Origin: Candidatus Saccharicenans sp.
GTDB taxonomy: Bacteria; Acidobacteriota; Aminicenantia; Aminicenantales; Saccharicenantaceae
Length of the DNA: 64,000 nt
Direction: 5' to 3'
NCBI GenBank assembly: GCA_049659625.1
Contig: JBASPX010000050.1
Span: 90,311 to 154,310 of the forward strand
Shown here: positions 29,687-39,145 of the stretch, in pieces
Layout: the number at the start of each line of letters is the position of its first letter
Numbering within the stretch: position 1 is the first letter of the stretch
Made by a program: the position numbers and the translations under genes
The notes under the pieces: generated by a model
What the model was told of the DNA's origin: nothing
The model's input: only the letters and a program-made list of their open reading frames with translations
Databases searched by the model: none

Positions 29687-31602
29687 TCATCCTGGACTTT
29701 AACTTTTTTCCGGGGAATCTTCCTCACCGCTGAAAATCTATCCTGACAGACAGAGTAACAGACTCCGCAACCGGTGCAGATATTCGTATCAATCTTAAGG
29801 TAACCATCTTCCAGCTCCACGATGGCCCCCGCCGGGCAGGATTCCAGGCACAGCCGGCAGAGAGCGCATTTCGAGCTGTCTATCTCGTAGGAGACAAGCG
29901 CCCGGCATACCCCGGCCGGACATTCGTTTTCGATCACATGTTTTTCAAGTTCTTCCCTGAAATACCGGAGAGCGCTCAGAACAGGATTGGGTGCGGTGCG
30001 GCCGAGACCACAGAGCGAAGCTTCCTTCATCGTCCGACCGATCCTTTCCAGAAGGTTCAGGTCTTCTGTATGGCCACGACCATCCACCATCTTTTCCAGT
30101 ATGTCCACCATTCTGGCCGTCCCCAGCCGGCAGGGAGCGCACTGACCGCAGGACTCATCCCGGGCGAATTTCATATAATAAAGAGCCAGGTCAACAACGC
30201 AGGTGGAATCGTCGATGACGATCAACCCGCCGGAGCCCATTATCGTTCCAGCTTCCTGCAGGCTTTCGTAGTCAATGGGCAGGTCGAAAAGGGAAGCCGG
30301 CAGAAGACCGCCGGAAGGTCCGCCCGTCTGAACCGCTTTTATTATTTTACCGTTGGCCGGGCCGCCGCCTATTTCCTCCACCACCTCGCTCACCCTGATT
30401 CCAAGAGGAACTTCCACCAGACCGGTCCGTCGAACCTGACCGACGAGCGAAAAAATTTTTGTCCCCCGGCCAGTCGGACTTCCCACACGGGCAAACCAGG
30501 CCGGGCCTTCTTTGATGATCAGAGGAATGTTCGCCCAGGTTTCTACGTTGTTTATAACTGTCGGCCGTCCCCATAACCCCCTGACCACCGGGAATGGAGG
30601 TCTCTGGCGGGGAAAAGGCCTTCTTCCTTCGATGGAGGCAATCAGGGCGGTCTCTTCGCCGCAGACAAAAGCTCCGGCGCCTCTGACCAGTTCGAGGTGA
30701 AAAGAAAAACCGCTGCCGAGAATGTTCTCCCCCAGAAAGCCCGCCTCCCTGGCTGAAATCAGCGCTTTTTCCATCCTTTCAATGGCCAGCGGATATTCTT
30801 CTCTTACATAGACAAAACCTCTGGTGGCGCCGACGGCGTAGCCGCCGATGATCATCCCTTCCACTATGCTGAAGGGGTTGCTTTCCATCAGTCCTCGATC
30901 CATGTAAGCGCCTGGATCACCTTCGTCTCCGTTGCAGATAAGATATTTCTCCTCCCCCGGCGCTTCTCTGGCCAGCCGCCACTTCAACCCGGTGGGGAAC
31001 CCGGCTCCTCCGCGTCCTCGGAGACCGGAAGCCAGAACGAGATTTACTATTTCTTCAGGAGATATTTCAAAAAGCGCTTTCTCCAGCGCCCGGAAGCCAT
31101 CATGTTGAACATAACTGTCAAGACTCTCAGGGTCGAGGGTAAAATGCCGGTCGAGGAGGCGTCGGACCTGCTTCTGAAGAAAAGGAAGATCCTCCAGGTA
31201 AGGAAATATTTTCCCATCAGCATCTTCGGAATATACCAGCTCGGGAACAATTTTCCCGCCGCTGAGGGTATTCTCCACCACCAGAGAAGCTTTTTCCGGA
31301 GTGAGATTCGGGTAGAAGATTTTCTCGGGGAAAATTACCGCGTCCGGCTCAAACTGACAGAAACCATGGCAGCCGGTTACCCGAAGTTCGACGGAATCTT
31401 CAAGCCCGCGCTTTTCGATCTCATGCTTGAAAGCCTCAATCACTTCCACCGCGCCGGCCGCCCGACCGCAGCTGGCGGCAGAAACGCTCACCAGATATCT
31501 TTTTCGGCTTGAGGAGAGAAGATGTTCACGGTAGTTTCTAAGATCAGCAAGCGAGCGGAACCTTCTTTTATTCATCGTTTCTGGTCTGTAGTTTTCCTGC
31601 AA
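29683..31602 (-). CDS. NuoF/HydB/HndC-like NAD(P)H-binding FMN flavoprotein subunit with N-terminal thioredoxin-like [2Fe-2S] and C-terminal 2x[4Fe-4S]
   Basis: GGAGFPTGLKW (NADH/FMN site), CGQCAPCR (N3 cluster), a C-terminal CxxCxxCxxxCP pair, and an N-terminal CxxxxC…C thioredoxin-like region. Confidence 0.85.
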   Translation of the reverse strand: MQENYRPETMNKRRFRSLADLRNYREHLLSSSRKRYLVSVSAASCGRAAGAVEVIEAFKHEIEKRGLEDSVELRVTGCHGFCQFEPDAVIFPEKIFYPNLTPEKASLVVENTLSGGKIVPELVYSEDADGKIFPYLEDLPFLQKQVRRLLDRHFTLDPESLDSYVQHDGFRALEKALFEISPEEIVNLVLASGLRGRGGAGFPTGLKWRLAREAPGEEKYLICNGDEGDPGAYMDRGLMESNPFSIVEGMIIGGYAVGATRGFVYVREEYPLAIERMEKALISAREAGFLGENILGSGFSFHLELVRGAGAFVCGEETALIASIEGRRPFPRQRPPFPVVRGLWGRPTVINNVETWANIPLIIKEGPAWFARVGSPTGRGTKIFSLVGQVRRTGLVEVPLGIRVSEVVEEIGGGPANGKIIKAVQTGGPSGGLLPASLFDLPIDYESLQEAGTIMGSGGLIVIDDSTCVVDLALYYMKFARDESCGQCAPCRLGTARMVDILEKMVDGRGHTEDLNLLERIGRTMKEASLCGLGRTAPNPVLSALRYFREELEKHVIENECPAGVCRALVSYEIDSSKCALCRLCLESCPAGAIVELEDGYLKIDTNICTGCGVCYSVCQDRFSAVRKIPRKKVKVQDE

Positions 31603-32050
31603 TTTCTGCCAGCTGTTCAGCTCTGACCCGGCCGTAATACTTTCCTTTGACCACCACCACCGGAGCCAGCGCGCAGCAACCGAGACAGTTGACCGTCTTC
31701 AAGCTCACCCCTTTTCCCGGCTTTTCCTGACCTGGCTTCATTCCCAGAAGCCTGGTCAATTCCTCCACCAGCCGGGATGAACCGCGCACATGGCAGGCCG
31801 TGCCCTGACAGACTGTTATCTCATTTTTAGAGCCCGGCTCTGTTCTGAAAGCCGAATAAAAGGTCACCAGACCATAGATCTCGGACACCGGAACGGCAAA
31901 ATACTCGGCCGCCATCCTTTGAGCTTCTTCCGTCACCCAGCCAAATTCCCGCTGCACCCGATGCAGGAAAATCATCAGGTATCTTTTCTCTGGCGGCAGG
32001 ACACTCAGAAGAGCTCTGACTTTTTCTCTTTCATCTTCCTTATCTTTCAT
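31568..32050 (-). CDS. NuoE/HydC/HndA-like thioredoxin-fold [2Fe-2S] subunit
   Basis: CQGTACHVRG…CLGCCALAP four-Cys motif. I placed the start at the ATG (MKDKED) at 32050 rather than the TTG at 32080. The ATG overlaps the stop of the upstream amidohydrolase gene by 11 nt. Confidence 0.8.
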   Translation of the reverse strand: MKDKEDEREKVRALLSVLPPEKRYLMIFLHRVQREFGWVTEEAQRMAAEYFAVPVSEIYGLVTFYSAFRTEPGSKNEITVCQGTACHVRGSSRLVEELTRLLGMKPGQEKPGKGVSLKTVNCLGCCALAPVVVVKGKYYGRVRAEQLAEIAGKLQTRNDE

Positions 32051-33743
32051 GGCTGAGAAAATCCGTATGGTTATAGACAATTTTTCCGTCGACCATCGTC
32101 AGCAAAACTTTTGTCTTTATTATTTCCGCCGGAGGTATCCGGAAAATATCGCGGTCGAGCACCACCAGGTCAGCCAGCCGTCCGGGCTCGAGCGTGCCCT
32201 TTTCCTTCTCGGAAAATTCAGCCAGAGTGGTATTGATGGTATAAGCCTTTACCGCCTGCTCCACATAAATTTTTTCTTCCGGTATCCACCCTTCAGGGTT
32301 TCTGCCGTCAAGAGTCTCTCTGGTGACGGCGGCATAAATTCCGGCCAGAGGGCTGAGAGGGGCTACCGTCCAGTCAGAACCGAAAACAAGGATTGCTCCG
32401 GCCTTCTGAAGCGAATTGAAGGCGTAAGTGGTCCTGACTCTTTCCGCACCTATCTTTTTCTCCGCCCAGCAGCCATCGTCTATCGCATGGTATGGTTGAA
32501 CGGAAGCCAGAATCCCCAGCCGCCCGAATCGCTCTATGTCGCTCTTTCTCAGGTGCTGACAGTGTTCGATGCGCCAGCGCCGGTCCCGGGAAGGATTTTC
32601 TGAAATTATTTTCTCCATAAGGTCAAGGATGATGGCGTTAGCCCTGTCTCCGATGGCGTGGATGGCCACCTGAAGACCGGCCTGATCAGCCTGACGCAGT
32701 CTCTTTTCCATGATGCCTTCCGGAAACATATGAGAAGCCAGCAACCCGTAAGCCTGCGGATCGTCTGAATACGGATCAAAGAAAAGAGCGGTGCTCGAAC
32801 CGAGAGAACCGTCGACAAAACCTTTCAGCCCGGCCAGCCGCAGAAAAGGATGACCGAAACCGGATTTAATTTTAAGACGCAGAAAATTCTCAATCTCCGT
32901 AATCGGGAAATAAACATAGAGCCTGGCTGTCAACTCTCCAGCCCGCAGAAGTTCCTGGTAAATTTCAAAACTCGAGGCATCCGACATATCATGAATGGAG
33001 GTGACTCCATTTGCAGCCGCTTCCCGGAGAGCTGCCCTGACCGCCTCCTTCTTTTCTGCCAGCGAAGGCTCAGGAATTACCCGGTAAACCAGGTCGGCGG
33101 CAGCATCTTTCAAAATCCCCGTTGGCTCGCCGGTGGCCGGATCCCTGACTATTTCTCCGCCGGGAGGCGAAGGGGTCTTGCGGTCTATTCCGGCCAGCTT
33201 CAGAGCCAGGCTGTTTACCAGCACCATGTGCCCGTCAAAGCGGTTGACGCAGACCGGATGTTCCGGAGTTACCGGGTCTATCCAGTCCCGGGAAGGGAGA
33301 ACCGGCGGGGAGAACTGTTCATGATCCCAGTCACCGTTAAGAATCCAGGAGCCCGGCGGAAGATCTTTCGCTCTGGCCTCAATCCGGCTGACAAACTCTT
33401 CCCGGCTCCGGCAATCGCGAAGTTTGACCGAGCGCAGGGCCAGACCACCGTTCAGAAAATGAGTGTGCCCGTCGATAAATCCCGGCAGCACTCTTCTTCC
33501 TCCAAGATCTATGATCCTTGTTCCCGGACCTGCCAGTTTTTTAATCTCATCGTTACGACCCGCTTTGATTATTCTGTTCTGGACTATGGCCAGAGCCTCC
33601 ACTTCAGGAGACGAAGACGAACCCGTCCAGATTTTTCCGTTTATCAGGATTAATTCTGCCATTTTTCCTCCGGATTGACTGCAGGCGGTGAAAATAAAAA
33701 TTCCGCCTGTTATTATTAAAGCGATGAAAAGGAATTTTTTCAT
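32040..33743 (-). CDS. Amidohydrolase-family (Amidohydro_3-type) metal-dependent hydrolase, predicted lipoprotein
   Basis: Start MKKFLFIALIITGGIFIFTACSQ (lipobox-like, preceded by an AAGGA RBS). The rest carries amidohydrolase metal-ligand regions (…GFIDGHTHF…, …VAIHAIGD…, …FGSDW…). Confidence 0.75.
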   Translation of the reverse strand: MKKFLFIALIITGGIFIFTACSQSGGKMAELILINGKIWTGSSSSPEVEALAIVQNRIIKAGRNDEIKKLAGPGTRIIDLGGRRVLPGFIDGHTHFLNGGLALRSVKLRDCRSREEFVSRIEARAKDLPPGSWILNGDWDHEQFSPPVLPSRDWIDPVTPEHPVCVNRFDGHMVLVNSLALKLAGIDRKTPSPPGGEIVRDPATGEPTGILKDAAADLVYRVIPEPSLAEKKEAVRAALREAAANGVTSIHDMSDASSFEIYQELLRAGELTARLYVYFPITEIENFLRLKIKSGFGHPFLRLAGLKGFVDGSLGSSTALFFDPYSDDPQAYGLLASHMFPEGIMEKRLRQADQAGLQVAIHAIGDRANAIILDLMEKIISENPSRDRRWRIEHCQHLRKSDIERFGRLGILASVQPYHAIDDGCWAEKKIGAERVRTTYAFNSLQKAGAILVFGSDWTVAPLSPLAGIYAAVTRETLDGRNPEGWIPEEKIYVEQAVKAYTINTTLAEFSEKEKGTLEPGRLADLVVLDRDIFRIPPAEIIKTKVLLTMVDGKIVYNHTDFLSHER

Positions 33744-33860
33744 GGTCCTTGATTTCAGATGCCCTGCTCCTTTAACTTCAACTTTAAGTTTATCATCTGC
33801 CCTTCCAGACAGTGTCATCTTACTCGCTTACTAACATCATATCTCTTAGCCGGGTTGTTT

Positions 33861-34658
33861 TCATCCTCTTCCTTCAGCCTCCGGCTGGACCTTGAGCTCC
33901 ACCGCTGACAGGTCTTCCGGAATAAAAAGACGACCTGAGTAATTCTTTCTGATCTCCGCTTCAATTTCAGAGAGGCTGAAACCGAGGTCGCTGAAAAAAT
34001 GGCAGGGAATGAGAAATTTAATTCCCGATTTTTCTGCTGCCTCTCCCAGCTCCAGGGAATGGCTGTGCATGGTTTTCAGAAACGGCATCACTTCAAAATA
34101 GCGAGACGGAGTGCTGCAATCATGGATCAGACAACCTGTTCCGGCGGCCATTTCCAGAAGGGGCTGATGGACCGGCGTGTCTCCGGAATAAATTATCTTC
34201 CCTTCAGGTGTCTCCAGCCGGAAAGCCAGTGAAGAGGAATGATGCGGCACGACCATCCCGGTAACTCTGATTTCTGGAAAGAGCTCGACGGTCTTCCCGG
34301 ATTCCAGCGGAAAAGGCTGCAGCCGGAACCTGATTTTCTCCTTTCTTAACCTGAATAAATCCAGAAGCCGCAGGCAGAATTCCACCGTCTCCGCCGACCC
34401 GACCAGTGGAATGGATTTTTCCTCGAGCATCAGGCTGTGGACCAGAGCCGGCAGACCGTAAACATGGTCAGCATGTACATGGCTTATGAAAACAGCGGTA
34501 AGTTCTTCCGGCCGGTAACCGGCACTGAATATCTTGCGGTTGAGAGAGCCAGGAGAATCAAAAAGGAAAAGCTGCCCGGCCGTTTCCACCAGAAAACTGG
34601 TGTTGTCGCGCGAAGCAGTCGGCACCGCTCCGCCGGTTCCAAGAAAAGTTATCTTCAT
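33861..34658 (-). CDS. MBL-fold metallo-hydrolase (RNase Z / beta-lactamase superfamily)
   Basis: HVHADHVYGL (HxHxDH) zinc-binding motif. Length is 265 aa. Confidence 0.75.
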   Translation of the reverse strand: MKITFLGTGGAVPTASRDNTSFLVETAGQLFLFDSPGSLNRKIFSAGYRPEELTAVFISHVHADHVYGLPALVHSLMLEEKSIPLVGSAETVEFCLRLLDLFRLRKEKIRFRLQPFPLESGKTVELFPEIRVTGMVVPHHSSSLAFRLETPEGKIIYSGDTPVHQPLLEMAAGTGCLIHDCSTPSRYFEVMPFLKTMHSHSLELGEAAEKSGIKFLIPCHFFSDLGFSLSEIEAEIRKNYSGRLFIPEDLSAVELKVQPEAEGRG

Positions 34659-34919
34659 AATTTTCCTCAGGAAATTTAGAAAGACTTTTTATAAAAAATT
34701 TTCACGAATAAATCAACCGGCCAGAATAACCCGGGGCACGAAATTTAGGTGAAATGAGCCTTAATAAAAACCAAGGCAAGGGAAGACAGCGATTGATTAT
34801 CTTCCGGGAGCGAAAGAAGACCCTGTGGCGGCGAAATCCAGAGTAAAAAAATTGAGGCAAAGTCAGTCAGCGAGTCTCCCGGAATTTGTTCCCGCAAATG
34901 ATTTTCAGACAGAAGGAAA

Positions 34920-34948
34920 TTGACAGCCTGATTGGCCTGAGGTAAATT
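34920..34948 (+). promoter_or_regulatory. Putative sigma70-type promoter for the GHMP kinase gene
   Basis: TTGACA at 34920-34925, 17-nt spacer, TAAATT at 34943-34948. Sits ~40 nt upstream of the ATG at 34989. Confidence 0.35.
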
Positions 34949-34988
34949 TTAGCCTTGTTTTTCGATAAATTTTTCAAGCCAGGAAAAA

Positions 34989-36077
34989 ATGGAAACCAGA
35001 AAACTCCGAGTATCTTCCCCCGGACGAATTTGCCTTTTCGGAGAACATCAGGATTACCTTGACCTGGATGTTATCGCCGCGGCCATCAGCCTCAGGTTCC
35101 AGGTGGAAGGCAAACCCCGTGGTGACCGCAAATTTCGCCTGAACCTGCCTGATACCGGCGAAAAGGAAGAGTTTATTCCGGAAGGCGAACTCCCCTACTT
35201 AAAGCCGAGACATTATTTGAGGAGCGCGGTGAATCTGATTCTCCGCCTGGGAGGCCGTTTTTCCCACGGCTGGGAGATAAACATGCACGGCGAAATACCC
35301 ATCAACGCCGGAACCTCAAGTTCCTCAGCGATGGTGGTGGCCTGGACGGCCTTTCTGCTCGAAGTAAGCGGGCAGCCGAAACTCGCGGCTGATCCGGAAA
35401 AAGCGGCCGAGCTCGCCCACCGGGCTGAAGTTCTGGAATTTCGTGAACCCGGGGGGAAAATGGACCATTACACTTCAGCCCTCGGCGGCACCCTCTGGAT
35501 ACAATTTTCCGGTGGACTCAAGATAACCAGGCTCAGTTCACCCCCGGGAACTTTTGTCCTCGGTGATTCCCTGGAAAAAAAGGACACGACCGGGACTCTG
35601 GGCTCGGTGAGGGAAAGGGTGACCGCCGGGATCAGGATACTCCGCGAGGAAAACCCGGAGGTTGACCTGAAAACCATCACCGAGGCTGAATTCCTGCAAC
35701 TCAGCCGGAACCTGCCTCCGGAAATAAGAAACCCGCTTCACGGCGCCATTCTCAACCGTGACCTGACAAAAGAGGGGCTGAGAATTTTTCAGAGGGAAAC
35801 CTTTGATCCGGAAGAATTCGGCCGGCTGCTGAACGAACATCAGAAGGTTCTCAGGGAGCTTGTGGGGATTTCCACCCCGAAGATTGACCGGATGCTCCGG
35901 GCAGCTCTGGAGGAAGGCGCGCTCGGCGGTAAAATCAACGGTTCGGGCGGCGGCGGCTGCATGTTTGTCTATGCCCCCGAGAATCCAGAAAAAGTCGCCC
36001 GGGCCATCGAAGAATGCGGAGGCCGACCTTACCTTGTCAGGATCGATTCAGGACTGCAGATAGAACAATTCTCCTGA
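34989..36077 (+). CDS. GHMP-family sugar/mevalonate kinase
   Basis: Phosphate-binding loop PINAGTSSSSAMVVAW (GHMP motif II) and C-terminal GSGGGGCMFVYAP (motif III). Confidence 0.75.
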   Translation: METRKLRVSSPGRICLFGEHQDYLDLDVIAAAISLRFQVEGKPRGDRKFRLNLPDTGEKEEFIPEGELPYLKPRHYLRSAVNLILRLGGRFSHGWEINMHGEIPINAGTSSSSAMVVAWTAFLLEVSGQPKLAADPEKAAELAHRAEVLEFREPGGKMDHYTSALGGTLWIQFSGGLKITRLSSPPGTFVLGDSLEKKDTTGTLGSVRERVTAGIRILREENPEVDLKTITEAEFLQLSRNLPPEIRNPLHGAILNRDLTKEGLRIFQRETFDPEEFGRLLNEHQKVLRELVGISTPKIDRMLRAALEEGALGGKINGSGGGGCMFVYAPENPEKVARAIEECGGRPYLVRIDSGLQIEQFS

Positions 36078-36191
36078 GCCCATTAAATAGACAAATCATT
36101 ATTTTTTTGTAAAATATTTATTGACAGTGCTGGTTTTTACTCAATTTGATTCTTAGCAGCGGAGATTTTTATCAGAAAGTAAGGAGGACAG

Positions 36192-36758
36192 ATGATCGAA
36201 GCCACCAGAATAAGAAAAGGGATGATCATCAAACATGAAGGCCAGCTCTACCGGGTCCTCGATTATCAGCTCATCACTCCGGGTCGCTGGAAAGCCATGG
36301 TGCAGACAAAACTGAGAAACCTCAAAGATGGTACCCAGACAGAATATCGCTTCCGTTCGGAAGAAAAAGTGGAACAGGCCTATCTGGAAGAAGTCGAAGT
36401 CGTTTATCTGTACCGGAGCGGAGACGAATTCTATTTTATGAACCTCCAGACCTATGAACAGATCAAGCTCGACCTGGAGGCCATCGGCGAAGGGGTAAAT
36501 TACCTGCTTCCGGACATGACTCTGACCATTGAATTTTACGAAGGCCAGCCGGTCGGAATACACCTGCCGAACACGGTTGACCTCAAGGTAATAGAAACTG
36601 AACCGGTGTTGAAAGGAGCCACCCAGACAGCAACCACCAAGCCGGCAAAACTGGAGACCGGTCTGGTCATTCAGGTGCCACAATTCATAAAGGAAGGTGA
36701 CGTCATCCGGGTGGATACCCGCGAGGAAAAATACCTGGAAAGAGTTAAAACCGGATAA
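36192..36758 (+). CDS. efp: Elongation factor P
   Basis: 188 aa with typical EF-P N-terminus (…IRKGMIIKHEGQLYRV…). Strong AAGGAGG RBS upstream. Confidence 0.9.
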   Translation: MIEATRIRKGMIIKHEGQLYRVLDYQLITPGRWKAMVQTKLRNLKDGTQTEYRFRSEEKVEQAYLEEVEVVYLYRSGDEFYFMNLQTYEQIKLDLEAIGEGVNYLLPDMTLTIEFYEGQPVGIHLPNTVDLKVIETEPVLKGATQTATTKPAKLETGLVIQVPQFIKEGDVIRVDTREEKYLERVKTG

Positions 36759-36906
36759 AACAGCAATCAATCGCCATCGACGATTTCAAGCGCTTGGTTA
36801 TCTATAGCAAAATATAATTCTTCCACAGGAAAATTTGCCCGCTCAGAACAACCAGCCGCCACTCTTAAACCGGACAGCTTCCTGTTGAAAAAGCCCAAAA
36901 TCCCGG

Positions 36907-39108
36907 CTAAAACCGGTGCTGGTAAATCCCCACATTGCCAAAGCTGTCCTTAACTCTGATCACCAGCAGATTATCCGAACCGGCAGGAACTTTAACCGTG
37001 AAGCGGAAGCTTTCGCTGCGAGAATCGCAGATGCCGTCCACGGGAAAAACCACCTGCCAGTTTCCGGGTTTTATCAGGGATTTAACCTCTTCGATGTAGG
37101 AATAAGAATCTTCAGCCATAAAACTTACCTCAAGGCCGTCGCGCACCGCGGTCGCCTGAAAATTTTTTACCTGCGGAGGAGCATTATCTATCACCAGCGG
37201 CGGACTGACCTTTTCCGTTTTCTTTTCAGTTCCCGGAGGATTTGAGGGCAGGTCGGAAGCCTCCACCTTCAACCAGTAAGTACCATCCGGAAAATTTCTG
37301 GTGTCAAAAGAAAAGATTTTGCCTCTGGTTTTTTGCTGCAAAAGCCGCCAGACATTATCGCCCTCTCTTTGAATATAAACATTAAAAATGAGATTATCCT
37401 GATTCTCATCCGAAGCTTCCCACTTTATCGTCCTGAATCCCTGACGTTCGTCTTTCTTAGGAGAAAGATAAATTTCCTCTTCTCCCTTGCTGGAAAGAGC
37501 TTCAAACGAAGATTCATCCAGGCCGAGAATGATATCTTCATGTTCCAACGGTTTTAAGAAAACCTGATTCGGCGGGAGTACTTCCAGCTTCTCGATAACC
37601 GGAGCCACGTTCGCCTGAAGGTAAAAAACGATGATTCTTTGAACGCGCGGCGCCTGCTGTCCGCTCTGGCTCTTAAGGCTGACCTTCAGCTGGAGAAAGA
37701 GCCCCCGGGGACTTAGAATTTTTTCATCCGGCCGACTGTACGGCGGAGACCAGTCAGACCAGGTATCGTCAGGCTCACCCGTATTTCCGGTTCTTGACTG
37801 CACCTGAACCGAGGCTCCCGACGGGAGCTCAGCCTCCCAGCTGATCCTTCCCCAGCTGGAAATTATTCCTGCATCGAGCACCGGGCTGAGATATTCCCCG
37901 GCAAAGCTCTGCCCGAGCTGGAGCAGACCGAACAGGCAGGGATTGTTTCCGAGAATGTGAATCTGCTTATCGAACTGATAGAGCGCAAAAATCTGCTCCG
38001 AACTTTCCTGAGTGAGGAGTTCCACCCCACCCTGACGATCTATGGCATAAAGGCGTCCGCGGTTTCCCGTCCCCATTATCAGTTTCTGCGACCCGGCATC
38101 ATAGATAAGTCCGTAAACCATTTCTTCGGTTGAACTCCAGAGTTTTTTAGAAAGACCGTCCGGAGCAATCTGAAACACTGCCCCCTGGACCCTGGCGCCA
38201 GACCTGCTCTCCGGCGTGACCACGTCAGAATCCGAATCATCGAACAATTTCACCCCGGAAATCTCCACACTTACTTCAGTTTCGGTTTTTGCCCGGCGTG
38301 AAGCTGGCGTTGAGCTAACGGCCGAGGCCTTTCTCGAAGGTCCACCGCTGGCTGAAACATAAATATAACCTTCTCCGCCGATGACCACATTTCTTATCTC
38401 ATCGTATCCGGAATCAAAGAGAACGCTGGCCCGGCCGGAGGAAGAAATTTTATAAAGCCGTCCGGGTCCGCCGCTTCCGGCCAGGAGGTCTCCCGCAGGG
38501 GTTTTCACCAGAGACAATATGTGATTATCTCTCGCTCGATAAAGAAGCTTGCCGGCTCCGGCCGGGTTGATTTCGTACACCCCGCCGCTTTCCCCGACCG
38601 CTGCCAGCAGATTTCCGCCTTCGACCAGGAGCAGCTGCCAGATATATTTTGATTGCGGATTGAAAAATTCTTCTCCCTTTCCTCTGCCGGTAATTTTATA
38701 AATTTTACCGTTCGGTGAGGTCCCGGCATAAAGCACTCCTTTAGAATCGACGGCCAGAGCGGTCACGTCAAGTTCAGCCGCCTGAAAATACAATTCTGGT
38801 TTTTTATCGCGGCTGATTCGATAAATTTTCCCCCCGTGACCGGTGCCCAGGAAGAAACTGCCGTCTGGTGCTTTGGCCAGCGAGAGGTAGAATTCTTCGG
38901 TCGGAAGATCAATCTTTTCCACTCCGGGTCCAATCGATAAAACCCCATCTGAGGTCAGAGAGGTTCCGGAAAATTTTCCCCGAAGAAAATCTTCCCTCGA
39001 CCGCAGTTCCCATTTCCTGGGAACCACCGCCTGCAGCTGGCTGACCGCCAGAAGCACTGCGATAAATTTAACCAACAACAAAAGTCTTTTTTTCATTTCC
39101 CTGCGCAT
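36907..39108 (-). CDS. Secreted beta-propeller protein with Reg_prop-like repeats and C-terminal Y_Y_Y/Ig-like domains (periplasmic sensor-like, no kinase module)
   Basis: Signal peptide. Repeated G(K/R)(I/L)Y(R/K)I(S/T)-type blades (GKIYRIS, GKIYKIT, GRLYKIS, GRLYAID). The C-terminal segment …NVYIQREGDNVWRLL…DGTYWLKVEASD resembles the Y_Y_Y domain found after propellers in hybrid two-component sensors. Confidence 0.5.
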   Translation of the reverse strand: MRREMKKRLLLLVKFIAVLLAVSQLQAVVPRKWELRSREDFLRGKFSGTSLTSDGVLSIGPGVEKIDLPTEEFYLSLAKAPDGSFFLGTGHGGKIYRISRDKKPELYFQAAELDVTALAVDSKGVLYAGTSPNGKIYKITGRGKGEEFFNPQSKYIWQLLLVEGGNLLAAVGESGGVYEINPAGAGKLLYRARDNHILSLVKTPAGDLLAGSGGPGRLYKISSSGRASVLFDSGYDEIRNVVIGGEGYIYVSASGGPSRKASAVSSTPASRRAKTETEVSVEISGVKLFDDSDSDVVTPESRSGARVQGAVFQIAPDGLSKKLWSSTEEMVYGLIYDAGSQKLIMGTGNRGRLYAIDRQGGVELLTQESSEQIFALYQFDKQIHILGNNPCLFGLLQLGQSFAGEYLSPVLDAGIISSWGRISWEAELPSGASVQVQSRTGNTGEPDDTWSDWSPPYSRPDEKILSPRGLFLQLKVSLKSQSGQQAPRVQRIIVFYLQANVAPVIEKLEVLPPNQVFLKPLEHEDIILGLDESSFEALSSKGEEEIYLSPKKDERQGFRTIKWEASDENQDNLIFNVYIQREGDNVWRLLQQKTRGKIFSFDTRNFPDGTYWLKVEASDLPSNPPGTEKKTEKVSPPLVIDNAPPQVKNFQATAVRDGLEVSFMAEDSYSYIEEVKSLIKPGNWQVVFPVDGICDSRSESFRFTVKVPAGSDNLLVIRVKDSFGNVGIYQHRF

Positions 39109-39145
39109 CCTTTCCGGTTTATATTAATTTATCTTTCGGAGATCG

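Noticed and set aside
36078-36191. Candidate efp promoter (TTGACA…ATTTGA / TGTAAAAT)
   Set aside because: Spacing and -10 quality are poor for every alignment I tried, so I left it unannotated. Only the strong RBS is noted.
36153-36770. 205-aa minus-strand ORF overlapping efp
   Set aside because: efp on the plus strand is unambiguous, and the antisense frame lacks a start context or motifs.
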